Below, in pieces: positions 31,282-40,563 of a stretch of DNA of 64,000 nucleotides. Every line of letters starts with the position of its first letter. Position 1 is the first letter of the stretch. The notes beneath the pieces are model-generated. The model worked only from the letters and a program-made list of their open reading frames with translations. It did not search any database and had not been told where the DNA came from. The stretch covers positions 64,001 through 128,000 of the IMG/VR virus record IMGVR_UViG_3300031951_000017; one strand, given 5' to 3'. The position numbers and the translations under genes were made by a program. Origin of the DNA: a virus.

Positions 31282-31889
31282 GAAAGATAAGACTAACTGA
31301 AAGTCAATTAATAAAGATTATTAAAAATGTCATAAATGAAGGAATAGATACTCCTAATTTCATTAATGACATTTTAGAAAAAATAGGTGATGTTGGTTAT
31401 AAAGGATTAACCGAAATCGAACAAACAATGATTGATTCATTTTCAAATGATATGTTTGATAAAGATAACATAATATTTTTAATTAATAAAAAAATAGCTA
31501 AGGGGGGGTTAAAATCTTTATCCGAAATTGAACTTTCATTCTATGAGGACAACTCACCAATTACTGACGAAGACGATGGAGGTCAAGATTATGTTGGTGT
31601 TTGGGATTATGAAAACCCACAAAGTGATTTAAATGGTATGCAATTTAGGTATCGTTCATCATATGATGAGGACGATGGTTTAATACATGAAGGTGAGCTA
31701 ATTGTTGGTGATTATAGTTTTTTTGGGAATGTTTATTGTGATATTGAGGGGAACTATGACACTTGTAGTTTTGAAACGGATGATGATGAACTTTTATTTG
31801 AAGTATTTAAGGGTAGTGAAAAAGAAGTTAGAAGATTTTTTGAACAGGTCTGTGACGATTTAAAAGGAAATTTTAATGAAATGTTATGA
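31278..31889 (+). CDS. Putative internal head protein
   Basis: N-terminal MRKIRLTESQL..IIK.VINE leader; duplicated I..KI...G...L.EIE motif. Confidence 0.55.
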   Translation: MRKIRLTESQLIKIIKNVINEGIDTPNFINDILEKIGDVGYKGLTEIEQTMIDSFSNDMFDKDNIIFLINKKIAKGGLKSLSEIELSFYEDNSPITDEDDGGQDYVGVWDYENPQSDLNGMQFRYRSSYDEDDGLIHEGELIVGDYSFFGNVYCDIEGNYDTCSFETDDDELLFEVFKGSEKEVRRFFEQVCDDLKGNFNEML

Positions 31890-32344
31890 GAAATATAGAA
31901 CACAAAATAACTAGATTACTAAGAGAAGAAACTGAAAGATATATGTTTTTCAGTAATTTAGAACAAATGAGAAGACAATGCGATTTATTGTTAGATTTAG
32001 ACCAAAACCAAGTTGAGGGGATTCTTAAAAATGGACACGATTGGGCTCAAGACCACATTGCGGAAGCTAAGAACAATATGGACCAAGTTTTTGATTTCTT
32101 AATGAATGAAACTAAAAGTACTCATAAGATGCAAGATGAGGTTAGGTATCCGATGGAACCCGAAACAATGATGGAAGGACGTAAAAAATCAGGTACTAAA
32201 CTTTGTGCTAGAGGTAAAGCCGCCGCAAAATCAAAATTTAAAGTATATCCTAGTGCTTACGCTAATGGTTACGCAGTTCAAGTGTGTAAAGGTACCAAAC
32301 CAGGATTAGACGGAAAGAAAAAATGTTCGTCACCATATTGTTAG
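31886..32344 (+). CDS. Two-module putative internal head protein
   Basis: LLRE leader, helical module, then MME/GRKK..CARGK..KFKVYPSAYAN basic Cys module. Confidence 0.6.
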   Translation: MRNIEHKITRLLREETERYMFFSNLEQMRRQCDLLLDLDQNQVEGILKNGHDWAQDHIAEAKNNMDQVFDFLMNETKSTHKMQDEVRYPMEPETMMEGRKKSGTKLCARGKAAAKSKFKVYPSAYANGYAVQVCKGTKPGLDGKKKCSSPYC

Positions 32345-32368
32345 TATAGAATTTTTGTCATATCTTTG
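32338..32368 (+). promoter_or_regulatory. Bacteroidota-type -33/-7 promoter
   Basis: TTG-N20-TATCTTTG upstream of 32389. Confidence 0.65.
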
Positions 32369-32388
32369 TCGTATTAATCATAAATGAT

Positions 32389-32802
32389 ATGAACAATTTT
32401 AAAAAACTATACGTTAAATTACGTATTCAATTACGTAATTTGATGACACAACCAGAACATTATTTGGAAGAAAAAAAATACACATCAATGTGTGTTTCAG
32501 TGGCAAAGACTCTAATTTCATTACCTGATTCTGAACTTATATATACCCCACAAAGTTACAAATACTACATTAAAAATGTAAGGTTGGGGATTTATATGGT
32601 TATTAATAATGATGTACTATCTGTGACTAATCATTCATACTCATATGAAGTCAAATTATCAGGTAAAAGTTCAAGAATTTTAACAAATAATTTTGATTAT
32701 CATCTCGAAAAAAGAGGACAAGAGTTTGATTTAGAAATGATAAAACAAATTAAAGAGTCGTTATCTTCTGTATATAATAAACTAGAAATTACGAATAAGT
32801 AA
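32389..32802 (+). CDS. Hypothetical protein
   Basis: 137-aa ORF with a host-type promoter. Confidence 0.65.
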   Translation: MNNFKKLYVKLRIQLRNLMTQPEHYLEEKKYTSMCVSVAKTLISLPDSELIYTPQSYKYYIKNVRLGIYMVINNDVLSVTNHSYSYEVKLSGKSSRILTNNFDYHLEKRGQEFDLEMIKQIKESLSSVYNKLEITNK

Positions 32803-33748
32803 TTTTTTTCAAGTGATTTTTAATACTCTCAACTAATCTTGTAAACAAAATTTCTTCGTTAGTTTTTTTCTTCTTTGGTTTATACGATACCATTTTAGGT
32901 TTATTTCCTGTACCTGTCTTTGGGTTTGATTTTTCAGCTTTTCTCTTCTGAGCACAAGCTGATTTTTTTTGACTATCTGACATTTTTCCAGCCACCCCTG
33001 CTGCACGACATTTAGGATATGCTTTATCTGATGCCTCAGGTCTCCCACAAGGAGGATGTTTACCATTTTTATCTCTTTTACAGATATTAACCCAAGGACC
33101 CTTTGGTTGTTTACTACCTTTTGGTTTTTTCTTAGTACCGAACCAAACGGCTAAATCCTCTTTAATTGTATGTACATCATGTGTGGGTAATTTATATCCA
33201 CTTTCAGGATGTTTTTCCCACACACCAACAACCTTTTTTGTGTTGTTTTTTAATTTTTTTTGTTTTTTTGTCGTATTAACCGGGTGTTTTGAAAACTCAC
33301 TAAAAGGACCTAGCTCTTGTTTTCTCCATTTTTTTAACCCTAACTCTATCGGTCCTGTATAAGGTCCTGATGAGACCCAAGAATCTGTTGCTTCACGTAA
33401 AAAATCTTTTATTTTCTTTTTTAAACTATCCATATTTTCTTTTAGATTGTAATCATTATTCAAAATACCTCCATCTTCATCATTTTGTTCAGGATGTTTT
33501 TTACTATTTAAAGATATTTTTCTTGTCTTTTTTTCTAATTTATTAGCGACTTTTCTTGGCTCATCCATTTTACCATCGTAACTATCATAAGCTAATAAAG
33601 CATTATTATACTTAGATACAGGTTCAGTAAATGGGGTTAAACTATCCTTATCAAACATTCTTGTTCCTGGTTGTAACGGAGCTTGGTATTTTCCTACCGA
33701 TGTATTTGTGGAAGTTGCCTCATTTATTTTATTTTTTTTGTAATTCAT
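32789..33748 (-). CDS. Basic multi-module putative internal head polyprotein (start revised to MNYKK)
   Basis: Modules follow KINE/A, FLRE/A, TIKE/D and KTNE/E; TATTTAT 20 nt upstream of 33748. Confidence 0.6.
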   Translation of the reverse strand: MNYKKNKINEATSTNTSVGKYQAPLQPGTRMFDKDSLTPFTEPVSKYNNALLAYDSYDGKMDEPRKVANKLEKKTRKISLNSKKHPEQNDEDGGILNNDYNLKENMDSLKKKIKDFLREATDSWVSSGPYTGPIELGLKKWRKQELGPFSEFSKHPVNTTKKQKKLKNNTKKVVGVWEKHPESGYKLPTHDVHTIKEDLAVWFGTKKKPKGSKQPKGPWVNICKRDKNGKHPPCGRPEASDKAYPKCRAAGVAGKMSDSQKKSACAQKRKAEKSNPKTGTGNKPKMVSYKPKKKKTNEEILFTRLVESIKNHLKKITYS

Positions 33749-33775
33749 AAAATTTACCCTATATTTGTATAAATA
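33737..33775. promoter_or_regulatory. Overlapping divergent promoters: host-type (+) and TATTTAT (-)
   Basis: TTTG-N19-TATATTTG on + (33737-33767); ATAAATA at 33769-33775. Confidence 0.55.
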
Positions 33776-33784
33776 TTTGATTTT

Positions 33785-34018
33785 ATGGAACAGACAGAAG
33801 AAACAGAAAAACAACCATTAGGTTCGTTATTTGGAACGATTAATTACTATAGTCTTGATGACTTAGATAGATTTGTTGCGTCCATGCAAAAAGACCAGGC
33901 AGTGTATTGTTTGATTCAATCAGTACATCTAGGGTTTCAAAAACAAATTTTCTCAATGCAGGAAATTGAAGTACTTTCAAAATGTTTACGTTTAATAGTT
34001 CAAAAAGATGAAAAATAG
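33785..34018 (+). CDS. Hypothetical protein
   Basis: 77-aa ORF. Confidence 0.65.
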   Translation: MEQTEETEKQPLGSLFGTINYYSLDDLDRFVASMQKDQAVYCLIQSVHLGFQKQIFSMQEIEVLSKCLRLIVQKDEK

Positions 34019-34628
34019 TTTGTTTATTCTATTTTTGTTGTTAGGTCTAACCCTATACTCACAAAATGATTGTTATATGTATAAATCAAATATAAGATAC
34101 CTTGAGTGTAGTAATGGGTACATCACAACAAACAAATATCCCGTTACGTCTGAAAATAGGTATTTACGTAATCTAAACATTGATTATCTAAGACTAGATT
34201 CAATTAATTACAACATTGAAAAATGTTTAAATGAATTTAGACGAGAATATAATTGTCCACCTCTAACACATTTGAAAATTTTAGATGAATTAGCAAAATT
34301 ACAATGTGATTATAACTATTATAATCATACAACAGGTCATTATAATTCCAAATATGGTGAGGATGTTGGATTAAGAGCTCAATACCTTGGTATAACGACG
34401 TTAAAAAGAGTTGGTGAGGTCTGTATGTACCGACAACATAGTTTGCTTGAATTTCCTAGCTATAAATCAATAAATTTAGACTACGTTAGAGATGTTATGG
34501 ATTACTATTGGTTATCCCCACTTCATAGGAATTGTTTGTTGAATTTAAACTACGTTTACTATGGTTTTTATAACCATTATAATAAGGACACTAAGGAATA
34601 TTATAATGTAATGATTGTAGGGTATTAA
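34008..34628 (+). CDS. Secreted CAP (SCP) domain protein
   Basis: Signal peptide MKNSLFILFLLLGLTLYSQ; LNEFR, GE, W.LSPLHR.CLL. Confidence 0.75.
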   Translation: MKNSLFILFLLLGLTLYSQNDCYMYKSNIRYLECSNGYITTNKYPVTSENRYLRNLNIDYLRLDSINYNIEKCLNEFRREYNCPPLTHLKILDELAKLQCDYNYYNHTTGHYNSKYGEDVGLRAQYLGITTLKRVGEVCMYRQHSLLEFPSYKSINLDYVRDVMDYYWLSPLHRNCLLNLNYVYYGFYNHYNKDTKEYYNVMIVGY

Positions 34629-34630
34629 AT

Positions 34631-34661
34631 AAAAAAAGGTCAGATTAATCTGACCTTTTTT
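34631..34661. terminator. Bidirectional intrinsic terminator
   Basis: AAAAAAGGTCAGATTAATCTGACCTTTTTT between convergent genes. Confidence 0.9.
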
Positions 34662-34678
34662 ATCATTGAAGATTAAGA

Positions 34679-36541
34679 TTATCTTAACTCTCTCAAGTCG
34701 AATGTACGTACACCATCAACTTGGATACGTCCGTAGAAACGGTTGTTAACCATTTTCTTAGCGTAACGTGTCATGATACCCTTGATAGGAGTAAAGTTGA
34801 ATGGGTTATACATAGTTGGAGTTAATTGAAGTGGTACGTATGGAGCGTAGATGTAACCAGTATCCAATAAAGATGTACCCTTATGACCAATCAAAACTGT
34901 GTTTGGTGGGAAGTATGGGTCACGATATACTTGGTAACGACCTGCTAAAGTACCAACTCTTTCAATACCCATGTTGTATTGGTCTTGCTCAGGAGCAGCA
35001 TTTGATACGTGGAAATATTCCAAGTCATCAAAAATCGCACTGATTTCAGAAGATACAACAATCCAGTTAGCACCACCTCTTAGGGTAGACTTGTGGATTT
35101 GAGCAGAGATTTGGTTGATAGCTGTAATCAACGTTTGGTTCCAATCCTTTTGAGTGTAAGGAACTGCGTTATTACCTAGTCTCTTCCATCCGTTGTAATC
35201 CCAACGTAATGTCCAAGCTGCACCTTTACGTAAGTCACGTAAGATTTCACGGTCAATTTCAGCAGCAACTTGCTCAGAAAGTAATGCTGTTAATTCAGCT
35301 TCAGCGTCGATGTTGTGGAACGCAGCCACGTCTTGAGCCATTTCTGGAGACCATTGTGCTCTTAATTTTCTTTCAGTTACAGAAACTGTTACAGACTCTA
35401 AATCGAAAGAAACTTCACCAATTTTGTCTTCAAATTCTAACTCTTCGTATCTACGATAAACAACTTTGAATGCTTGGCCAGCACCAGTAAATGCTGCCCA
35501 GTTAACTGACATACCAGTGTAGCCATCTAAAGTGTCACCAGTACAAGTTAAACATACTGGACATTGTAAATCCACTTCAAGATAGATACAACCATCTTGT
35601 GAACAAATATCCCAATATTTTCCACCTGAACCAGTTGTTGGGAATGATGTAGAACCCCAAGAACCATATTGTACTAAACCTTTACCATATTGTTGAGTAA
35701 CAGCACGGAAAGGAACAATAGAAACACCAGTCAAACATGATGCAGTCCAACCAGATTGAGCAGTAACGTTTGATTGAGCAACAACTCTTAAATCAGAAAG
35801 GAAAGTTTCAGTATCCATTTCGTTTCCGTCAGGACCGATTAATTTACCTTCACCACTTGTTGCGAAACCACACATTTGGATTAACGCTTTTCTGATAACT
35901 TTGTTAGTGTAAGCAGCAGTAGTTGTAGAACCAGTTGTCAAAGCACCATTGTCCCAAGCAACTAAAGTTGCGTTTTGTGTGATTGCAGTCCACTGACCTT
36001 TTGAATAATCAAATAAACCAGCTGGGTCTAAGTTAGGTTCGTTACCTTCATAGAACAAATCATAAAGATTCTTAGTGTAATAATCAGTACCTGCAGTACC
36101 ATTAGCCATTTGTGGGTAACCTGCATCTGGACTTCCAGGATAGTTACCAGGTGAACCTACTGGTGCATAGTGTTGACCTGATGCAGTAGCAGTTGCTCCA
36201 GTGTAACCTTGGATACGTGGTACGAAGTAGAACAATTTACCAATTGGTAAGTTCATAGCTTGTACAGATACGATATCGTTAGCCAACAACTTAGAGAATA
36301 CACGTCTTACGATTGGGAATACGACAGTTTCAAAAGAACCTGAAGAATCTGTAGAAGACGCTTCGTTAATCAAATGTGACGCTTGGTTTTCATACAATTG
36401 TGCAACATTTTCTTTTAGGTGGCCTTTAAGACCTTCTAGGAATCCTAATTTATCCCATTTGTTTATAGTGTCTTCTTTGATAACTTTCAAGTGCTTAAGA
36501 CCGATGTTACCAACTAATCCACTTTCTAATAATGCTCCCAT
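34679..36541 (-). CDS. gp23: Major capsid protein (T4 gp23-like)
   Basis: VSVQAM..P.G..F, RKLRAQWS.EMAQD..AFH.IDAEAEL, YAPYVPL, GIMTRYA. Confidence 0.97.
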   Translation of the reverse strand: MGALLESGLVGNIGLKHLKVIKEDTINKWDKLGFLEGLKGHLKENVAQLYENQASHLINEASSTDSSGSFETVVFPIVRRVFSKLLANDIVSVQAMNLPIGKLFYFVPRIQGYTGATATASGQHYAPVGSPGNYPGSPDAGYPQMANGTAGTDYYTKNLYDLFYEGNEPNLDPAGLFDYSKGQWTAITQNATLVAWDNGALTTGSTTTAAYTNKVIRKALIQMCGFATSGEGKLIGPDGNEMDTETFLSDLRVVAQSNVTAQSGWTASCLTGVSIVPFRAVTQQYGKGLVQYGSWGSTSFPTTGSGGKYWDICSQDGCIYLEVDLQCPVCLTCTGDTLDGYTGMSVNWAAFTGAGQAFKVVYRRYEELEFEDKIGEVSFDLESVTVSVTERKLRAQWSPEMAQDVAAFHNIDAEAELTALLSEQVAAEIDREILRDLRKGAAWTLRWDYNGWKRLGNNAVPYTQKDWNQTLITAINQISAQIHKSTLRGGANWIVVSSEISAIFDDLEYFHVSNAAPEQDQYNMGIERVGTLAGRYQVYRDPYFPPNTVLIGHKGTSLLDTGYIYAPYVPLQLTPTMYNPFNFTPIKGIMTRYAKKMVNNRFYGRIQVDGVRTFDLRELR

Positions 36542-36575
36542 TTTTTAATTTGGTTTTTTATTTTTGTGTTTATTT

Positions 36576-38159
36576 TTATTTTATTAACTTTTGCATGATA
36601 TCCTTCATTCTCATGAATTGAGGATTCTCATAAGTTTTAGATTCAATCAAATTGATTGCGGAACCTGTTGAAGGTGTCTTATTGATTTTAGTTTCAACTG
36701 ATTCTTTAACAATTTGACTATCGTTTTTCGATGAAAGTTCATCCTTTATAGTTTTATATAAAGTCTTAGATTCTTTAATTGACTCAGCTCCATCAAAACG
36801 TCTCAAAATGTTAATCTTTTCTTGTTTTGTAGTAGTATGTTCAGTGAACAATCTAGTAGCATAAGCCAAGTTAGAATTAAATACCGCAACTTCGTTAAGT
36901 TTGTCTCTGAATAAATTCAAAGCTTTACGATATTCATCATTCTTAGATTTTAACATTTCAATTTCAGTGTTAACTGATTCAGTTGCTAAATGACGTGGTG
37001 CAGTTCTTGGTTTGTTTAAACCATTTCTACCCCATTTCTTACCATTACCTAGTGTTCTAGCAGCTTCAGTATGTTCACCTTTTTTCGCTTTTGCTGGTGC
37101 TGGTTCATTTTCCTTATTAGGATTTCTCATCGGATTACCAGGTTTTCTTTCAGTTTCAGTACCAGGTTTAACTTTTGGTTTTGCAGGTGCTGTTTTAGTT
37201 TCACCTTCCTTAAACTCAAATTTTGGACCTTTACCCATTCCAACTCCACGAGAACCTTGTTTTTTATCTTCTTTAAATCCTCCTGTAGTTTTCTTGTAAT
37301 TAAACTTTGGTTTACCGAATCCTTTACCTTTAGGTTTGAATCCAATACTTTCATTTGTCATTTCTTCATTTTCTTCGTCGTAATCCTCATCTATTTCTTC
37401 GTCAATTTCTTCATCCATTTCTTCGTCCATTTCTTCGTCCAAAGTAATTTCGTAAATTGTTTCTTCAGATGACATTTCCATGTTGTCCATCTCATCCATT
37501 TCATCAATCTCATCAATATAAGACTCTTGGAATTCGTTATCAAACTCGAATTCGTCATCATCATTATTATTATCTAAATTGTCATTGTCTGACACATTAG
37601 ATATTGCAGAAAGAAGTTCATCCATTTCTTCTGGAGTAAACTCTTCAGATTCGAACATTTCTTCGTTTGATTCCATTTCGTTAAGTTTGTTTTTTGGATT
37701 TTTAGTAACTGACTCACCCATTTTGATTAGGTAATTTTTATCAGTGTTATTATCTGATAATGAGATAGTATCGTCACTATTTTTTTTAATAATGATACCA
37801 TCATCCTCACCCATTTCCATGAATGCTTTGATAACGTCTGACATAGGGGCATTTGTTAAATCTTTAACAACTTCCTCTTCATCGTCAACTGACAAATCAA
37901 CATCTGTATCGTCTATATCTGTATCCTCTACATTATCAATATCAACCTCATCGGTATCCATTGTTGCAGCATCATCAACATCCATAGTGTCAACATCAAT
38001 TTCTTCGTCGTCTTGTTCCTTTAAGGATTCTTTTACTAGTTCATTGATTTCTTCCTTCATTGTTGAAGCAAGTATTCCTTTTGCATTCTCAGCGATTACA
38101 TCTTCCAAATTTTTCATTTGGAGTACCGCTTCTTCGACTAATGATTTTTTATCACTCAT
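36576..38159 (-). CDS. Prohead core/scaffold protein (gp22-like position)
   Basis: Very acidic, many hydrophobic-x-E sites, directly upstream of the MCP gene. Confidence 0.8.
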   Translation of the reverse strand: MSDKKSLVEEAVLQMKNLEDVIAENAKGILASTMKEEINELVKESLKEQDDEEIDVDTMDVDDAATMDTDEVDIDNVEDTDIDDTDVDLSVDDEEEVVKDLTNAPMSDVIKAFMEMGEDDGIIIKKNSDDTISLSDNNTDKNYLIKMGESVTKNPKNKLNEMESNEEMFESEEFTPEEMDELLSAISNVSDNDNLDNNNDDDEFEFDNEFQESYIDEIDEMDEMDNMEMSSEETIYEITLDEEMDEEMDEEIDEEIDEDYDEENEEMTNESIGFKPKGKGFGKPKFNYKKTTGGFKEDKKQGSRGVGMGKGPKFEFKEGETKTAPAKPKVKPGTETERKPGNPMRNPNKENEPAPAKAKKGEHTEAARTLGNGKKWGRNGLNKPRTAPRHLATESVNTEIEMLKSKNDEYRKALNLFRDKLNEVAVFNSNLAYATRLFTEHTTTKQEKINILRRFDGAESIKESKTLYKTIKDELSSKNDSQIVKESVETKINKTPSTGSAINLIESKTYENPQFMRMKDIMQKLIK

Positions 38160-38241
38160 TTTATGTTTTCTTTATAAATATGTTATTTTTTATAAAAAAT
38201 TAATTTTTGATTAATTCTAGATAATAAATATGTTATAAAAT

Positions 38242-38268
38242 AAAAAAAGGAGGTAAAAACCTCCTTTT
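38242..38268 (-). terminator. Intrinsic terminator
   Basis: AAAAGGAGG-TAAAAA-CCTCCTTTT downstream of 38293. Confidence 0.75.
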
Positions 38269-38292
38269 GAAAACATTAAATACGATTATAAT

Positions 38293-38508
38293 TTATTCGA
38301 AAATCTCATCGATTTTACTTTCAGCAACTGAAGTAATTCTCCAATCATAACTAAAGGATTCATACGCTTTAGTAACTTTTGCCTCCACGTCTGTTACATT
38401 ATAACCCTTTACGAGTTTTTCTTCTCTTACCTTTTTAATTTTTCCTGAGTTTTCATCTGGCAAATCATACTGAATTTTTGCCACAAAATATTTTTCGTCC
38501 ATTTCCAT
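38293..38508 (-). CDS. DUF4494-like small protein (Bacteroidota-associated)
   Basis: YF.AKIQY...KK..E..LV....T..EA...I..V.E.KI; TTG-N20-TATATTTT promoter at 38523-38553. Confidence 0.6.
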   Translation of the reverse strand: MEMDEKYFVAKIQYDLPDENSGKIKKVREEKLVKGYNVTDVEAKVTKAYESFSYDWRITSVAESKIDEIFE

Positions 38509-38542
38509 AATTTATTTTTTTAAAAATATACGACAATTAAAA

Positions 38543-39280
38543 TTACCTATCAAGGTATGCGGAAAGTTTTTTCATTAAATCTAAAGATTTATTTGCAGAA
38601 TCTTCACCACCTGTTAGAGTTCTAGATGCTTTCATTTTGTTTTCCTCATCTAAATTCTCCTCAAAATTATTTCTATCCTCAGGATTTGAGAATAAATAAG
38701 CCCCGGGTGTTGATGGGGAGGATACTAGGTCAAAACATATTAATTCAAAATCATCTTGTACTTCATTTTGTTCTCCGACCTTTTTTAATGACCCTACACC
38801 ACGAGAAGAAATACCAAGGGTTACACCTTGTCTTAAATAATTTGCGGCTAAATCTCCTTTAGTTGAACAGATACCTCTTTCATGAAAACCTGGTGAGGTT
38901 AACAATCTTAATTTACCCATTAAAATCTTACCATCCCACCACACATCTGTTATGATGTGTGCAACTCTATCTAAATCTATTAATGATGATTCAGGGTGAT
39001 TCAACTCAGAAAGTGAAACACCCTTAGCAATCATTTTTTTATAGTTCTCAGCTTCTCTTTTAAGAATTTTTTCAGGGTAAACCCTTCCGTTTCTATTTGG
39101 AGTATTATATTTCTGTAGTACTGCGTAAAACTCAAATGGTTTAGAGTAATCTAAAAAATTTTTATTTTCTTTTATTATCTCAGCATTTCCATTTTCTCTA
39201 GGGTTGATGTATCCTGCGTCGTATTCAATTAGGATACCTTTTCCAGAATCAGTAGGTCCTAATATTTTTAAATTATTCAT
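38543..39280 (-). CDS. gp21: Prohead core protease (T4 gp21-like)
   Basis: NRNGRVYP, ELNHP, GISSRGVGS, FDLVSSPS. Confidence 0.93.
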   Translation of the reverse strand: MNNLKILGPTDSGKGILIEYDAGYINPRENGNAEIIKENKNFLDYSKPFEFYAVLQKYNTPNRNGRVYPEKILKREAENYKKMIAKGVSLSELNHPESSLIDLDRVAHIITDVWWDGKILMGKLRLLTSPGFHERGICSTKGDLAANYLRQGVTLGISSRGVGSLKKVGEQNEVQDDFELICFDLVSSPSTPGAYLFSNPEDRNNFEENLDEENKMKASRTLTGGEDSANKSLDLMKKLSAYLDR

Positions 39281-39304
39281 CTTATATTTTTTATTATAAA
39301 TATA

Positions 39305-39757
39305 TTAATTACGAATAACTTCAAAGTCCTCTTTTTTAGAAATAGAAAAATTGAAATGTTTATTGTTTTTTAGACAATATTTTATAACTGAATCAGTAAT
39401 CTTTTTCATATGATTTTTTAATTCTAAACATTTAAAATCATAGTGTTTAGTTGTGTAAAATACACATTCTAGATTCATAAAAGACTTTTTACCAAACATC
39501 ACCCCACTAGACCTCAAATCCATATCACATATAAAATTTGATTCAAATAAATTTCTATCAATTAAATCACCTATTGTTAATTTAATTGTTCTAGTAAGAT
39601 GATTAATTATTTTTTCAGCGTTTTCTATGAAATCTTTTGGTTCTACCCAAGATTGAATGTTTAGATATACTGATTTAAGATTTTTAAAATCTACTGTTCC
39701 GTAACTTACTTTAAATGACTTATAACCTGTAAGTTTAATACTTTTTCCTTTTTTCAT
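39305..39757 (-). CDS. Hypothetical protein
   Basis: 150 aa; host-type promoter TTG-N20-TATATTTTG at 39787-39818. Confidence 0.65.
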   Translation of the reverse strand: MKKGKSIKLTGYKSFKVSYGTVDFKNLKSVYLNIQSWVEPKDFIENAEKIINHLTRTIKLTIGDLIDRNLFESNFICDMDLRSSGVMFGKKSFMNLECVFYTTKHYDFKCLELKNHMKKITDSVIKYCLKNNKHFNFSISKKEDFEVIRN

Positions 39758-39823
39758 TAACCATTTTAATACTTGTTTATTTGTATCAAAATATAGTTAA
39801 CAATTATAAAAAAAACAAAAATT

Positions 39824-40528
39824 TTAAAGATTATTAAATAATTGACGCAATTTCATTAAATTAATCTGATTTTTTGGTTCAGTTTTAATTCTCTCAATTG
39901 TCTCAGTTATTTTTTCTTTAGTTGGTGTGTCTGAAATAGAGACCAATTCGTCTAATTTTTCAATAGTCATTTCAGATAATAAATCGTATTTAGATACTAT
40001 TTCAGATTCAGTTAGTGTCAAATACTTATTTAAAGTTTTTAGTTCATTTTCAGATAAATCTGACAAATACTCCTTAGTAGTGTTTTCGGCTATCTCATAA
40101 ACTTTATTTAAAGGTATACTAGGTGTGTCAGTTTTTTTATCCTTTAAAATAATTTTTTTAGTTATTGTTTTTTTTGCCTCTAAAATTTTCTCAATATCCA
40201 AATCCTCATTAAAAATATTATCTATAATCTCATATGTGTTAGACTCAGTGGGAATTTCCTTTACCCAACTCTCAAGTTGTAAAATTTTTTTGGAGTTAAA
40301 ATTTAATTTCTCAAATTGTCTGATACACTCATTAATGAATAAATCTGCATCGTTTGGATTTAGTCCTCTTTTTCTATCCATAATATCGTAAAGATAAAAT
40401 GCTTTTGCAATATTTTTATCCTCTAAAACTAAAGACTTAAAAGTTTTAATCTTGTCTTTAAAGGTGTTATCAGACATAGATTCAACTAGAATCTTCTCAA
40501 CTTTTGATTTTATTAGACCTATTTTCAT
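39824..40528 (-). CDS. Putative prohead core component
   Basis: Helical, ILVE/S site, located between portal and protease. Confidence 0.5.
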   Translation of the reverse strand: MKIGLIKSKVEKILVESMSDNTFKDKIKTFKSLVLEDKNIAKAFYLYDIMDRKRGLNPNDADLFINECIRQFEKLNFNSKKILQLESWVKEIPTESNTYEIIDNIFNEDLDIEKILEAKKTITKKIILKDKKTDTPSIPLNKVYEIAENTTKEYLSDLSENELKTLNKYLTLTESEIVSKYDLLSEMTIEKLDELVSISDTPTKEKITETIERIKTEPKNQINLMKLRQLFNNL

Positions 40529-40563
40529 TTTTTTATTTATAAATATATCAATTTACGATTAAA

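Noticed and set aside
33749-33814. ORF-track upstream starts (MFFCFF at 33814; likewise 56295 and 57890)
   Set aside because: The extensions overlap promoter motifs or neighbouring genes; downstream ATGs at 33748, 56274 and 57914 fit better
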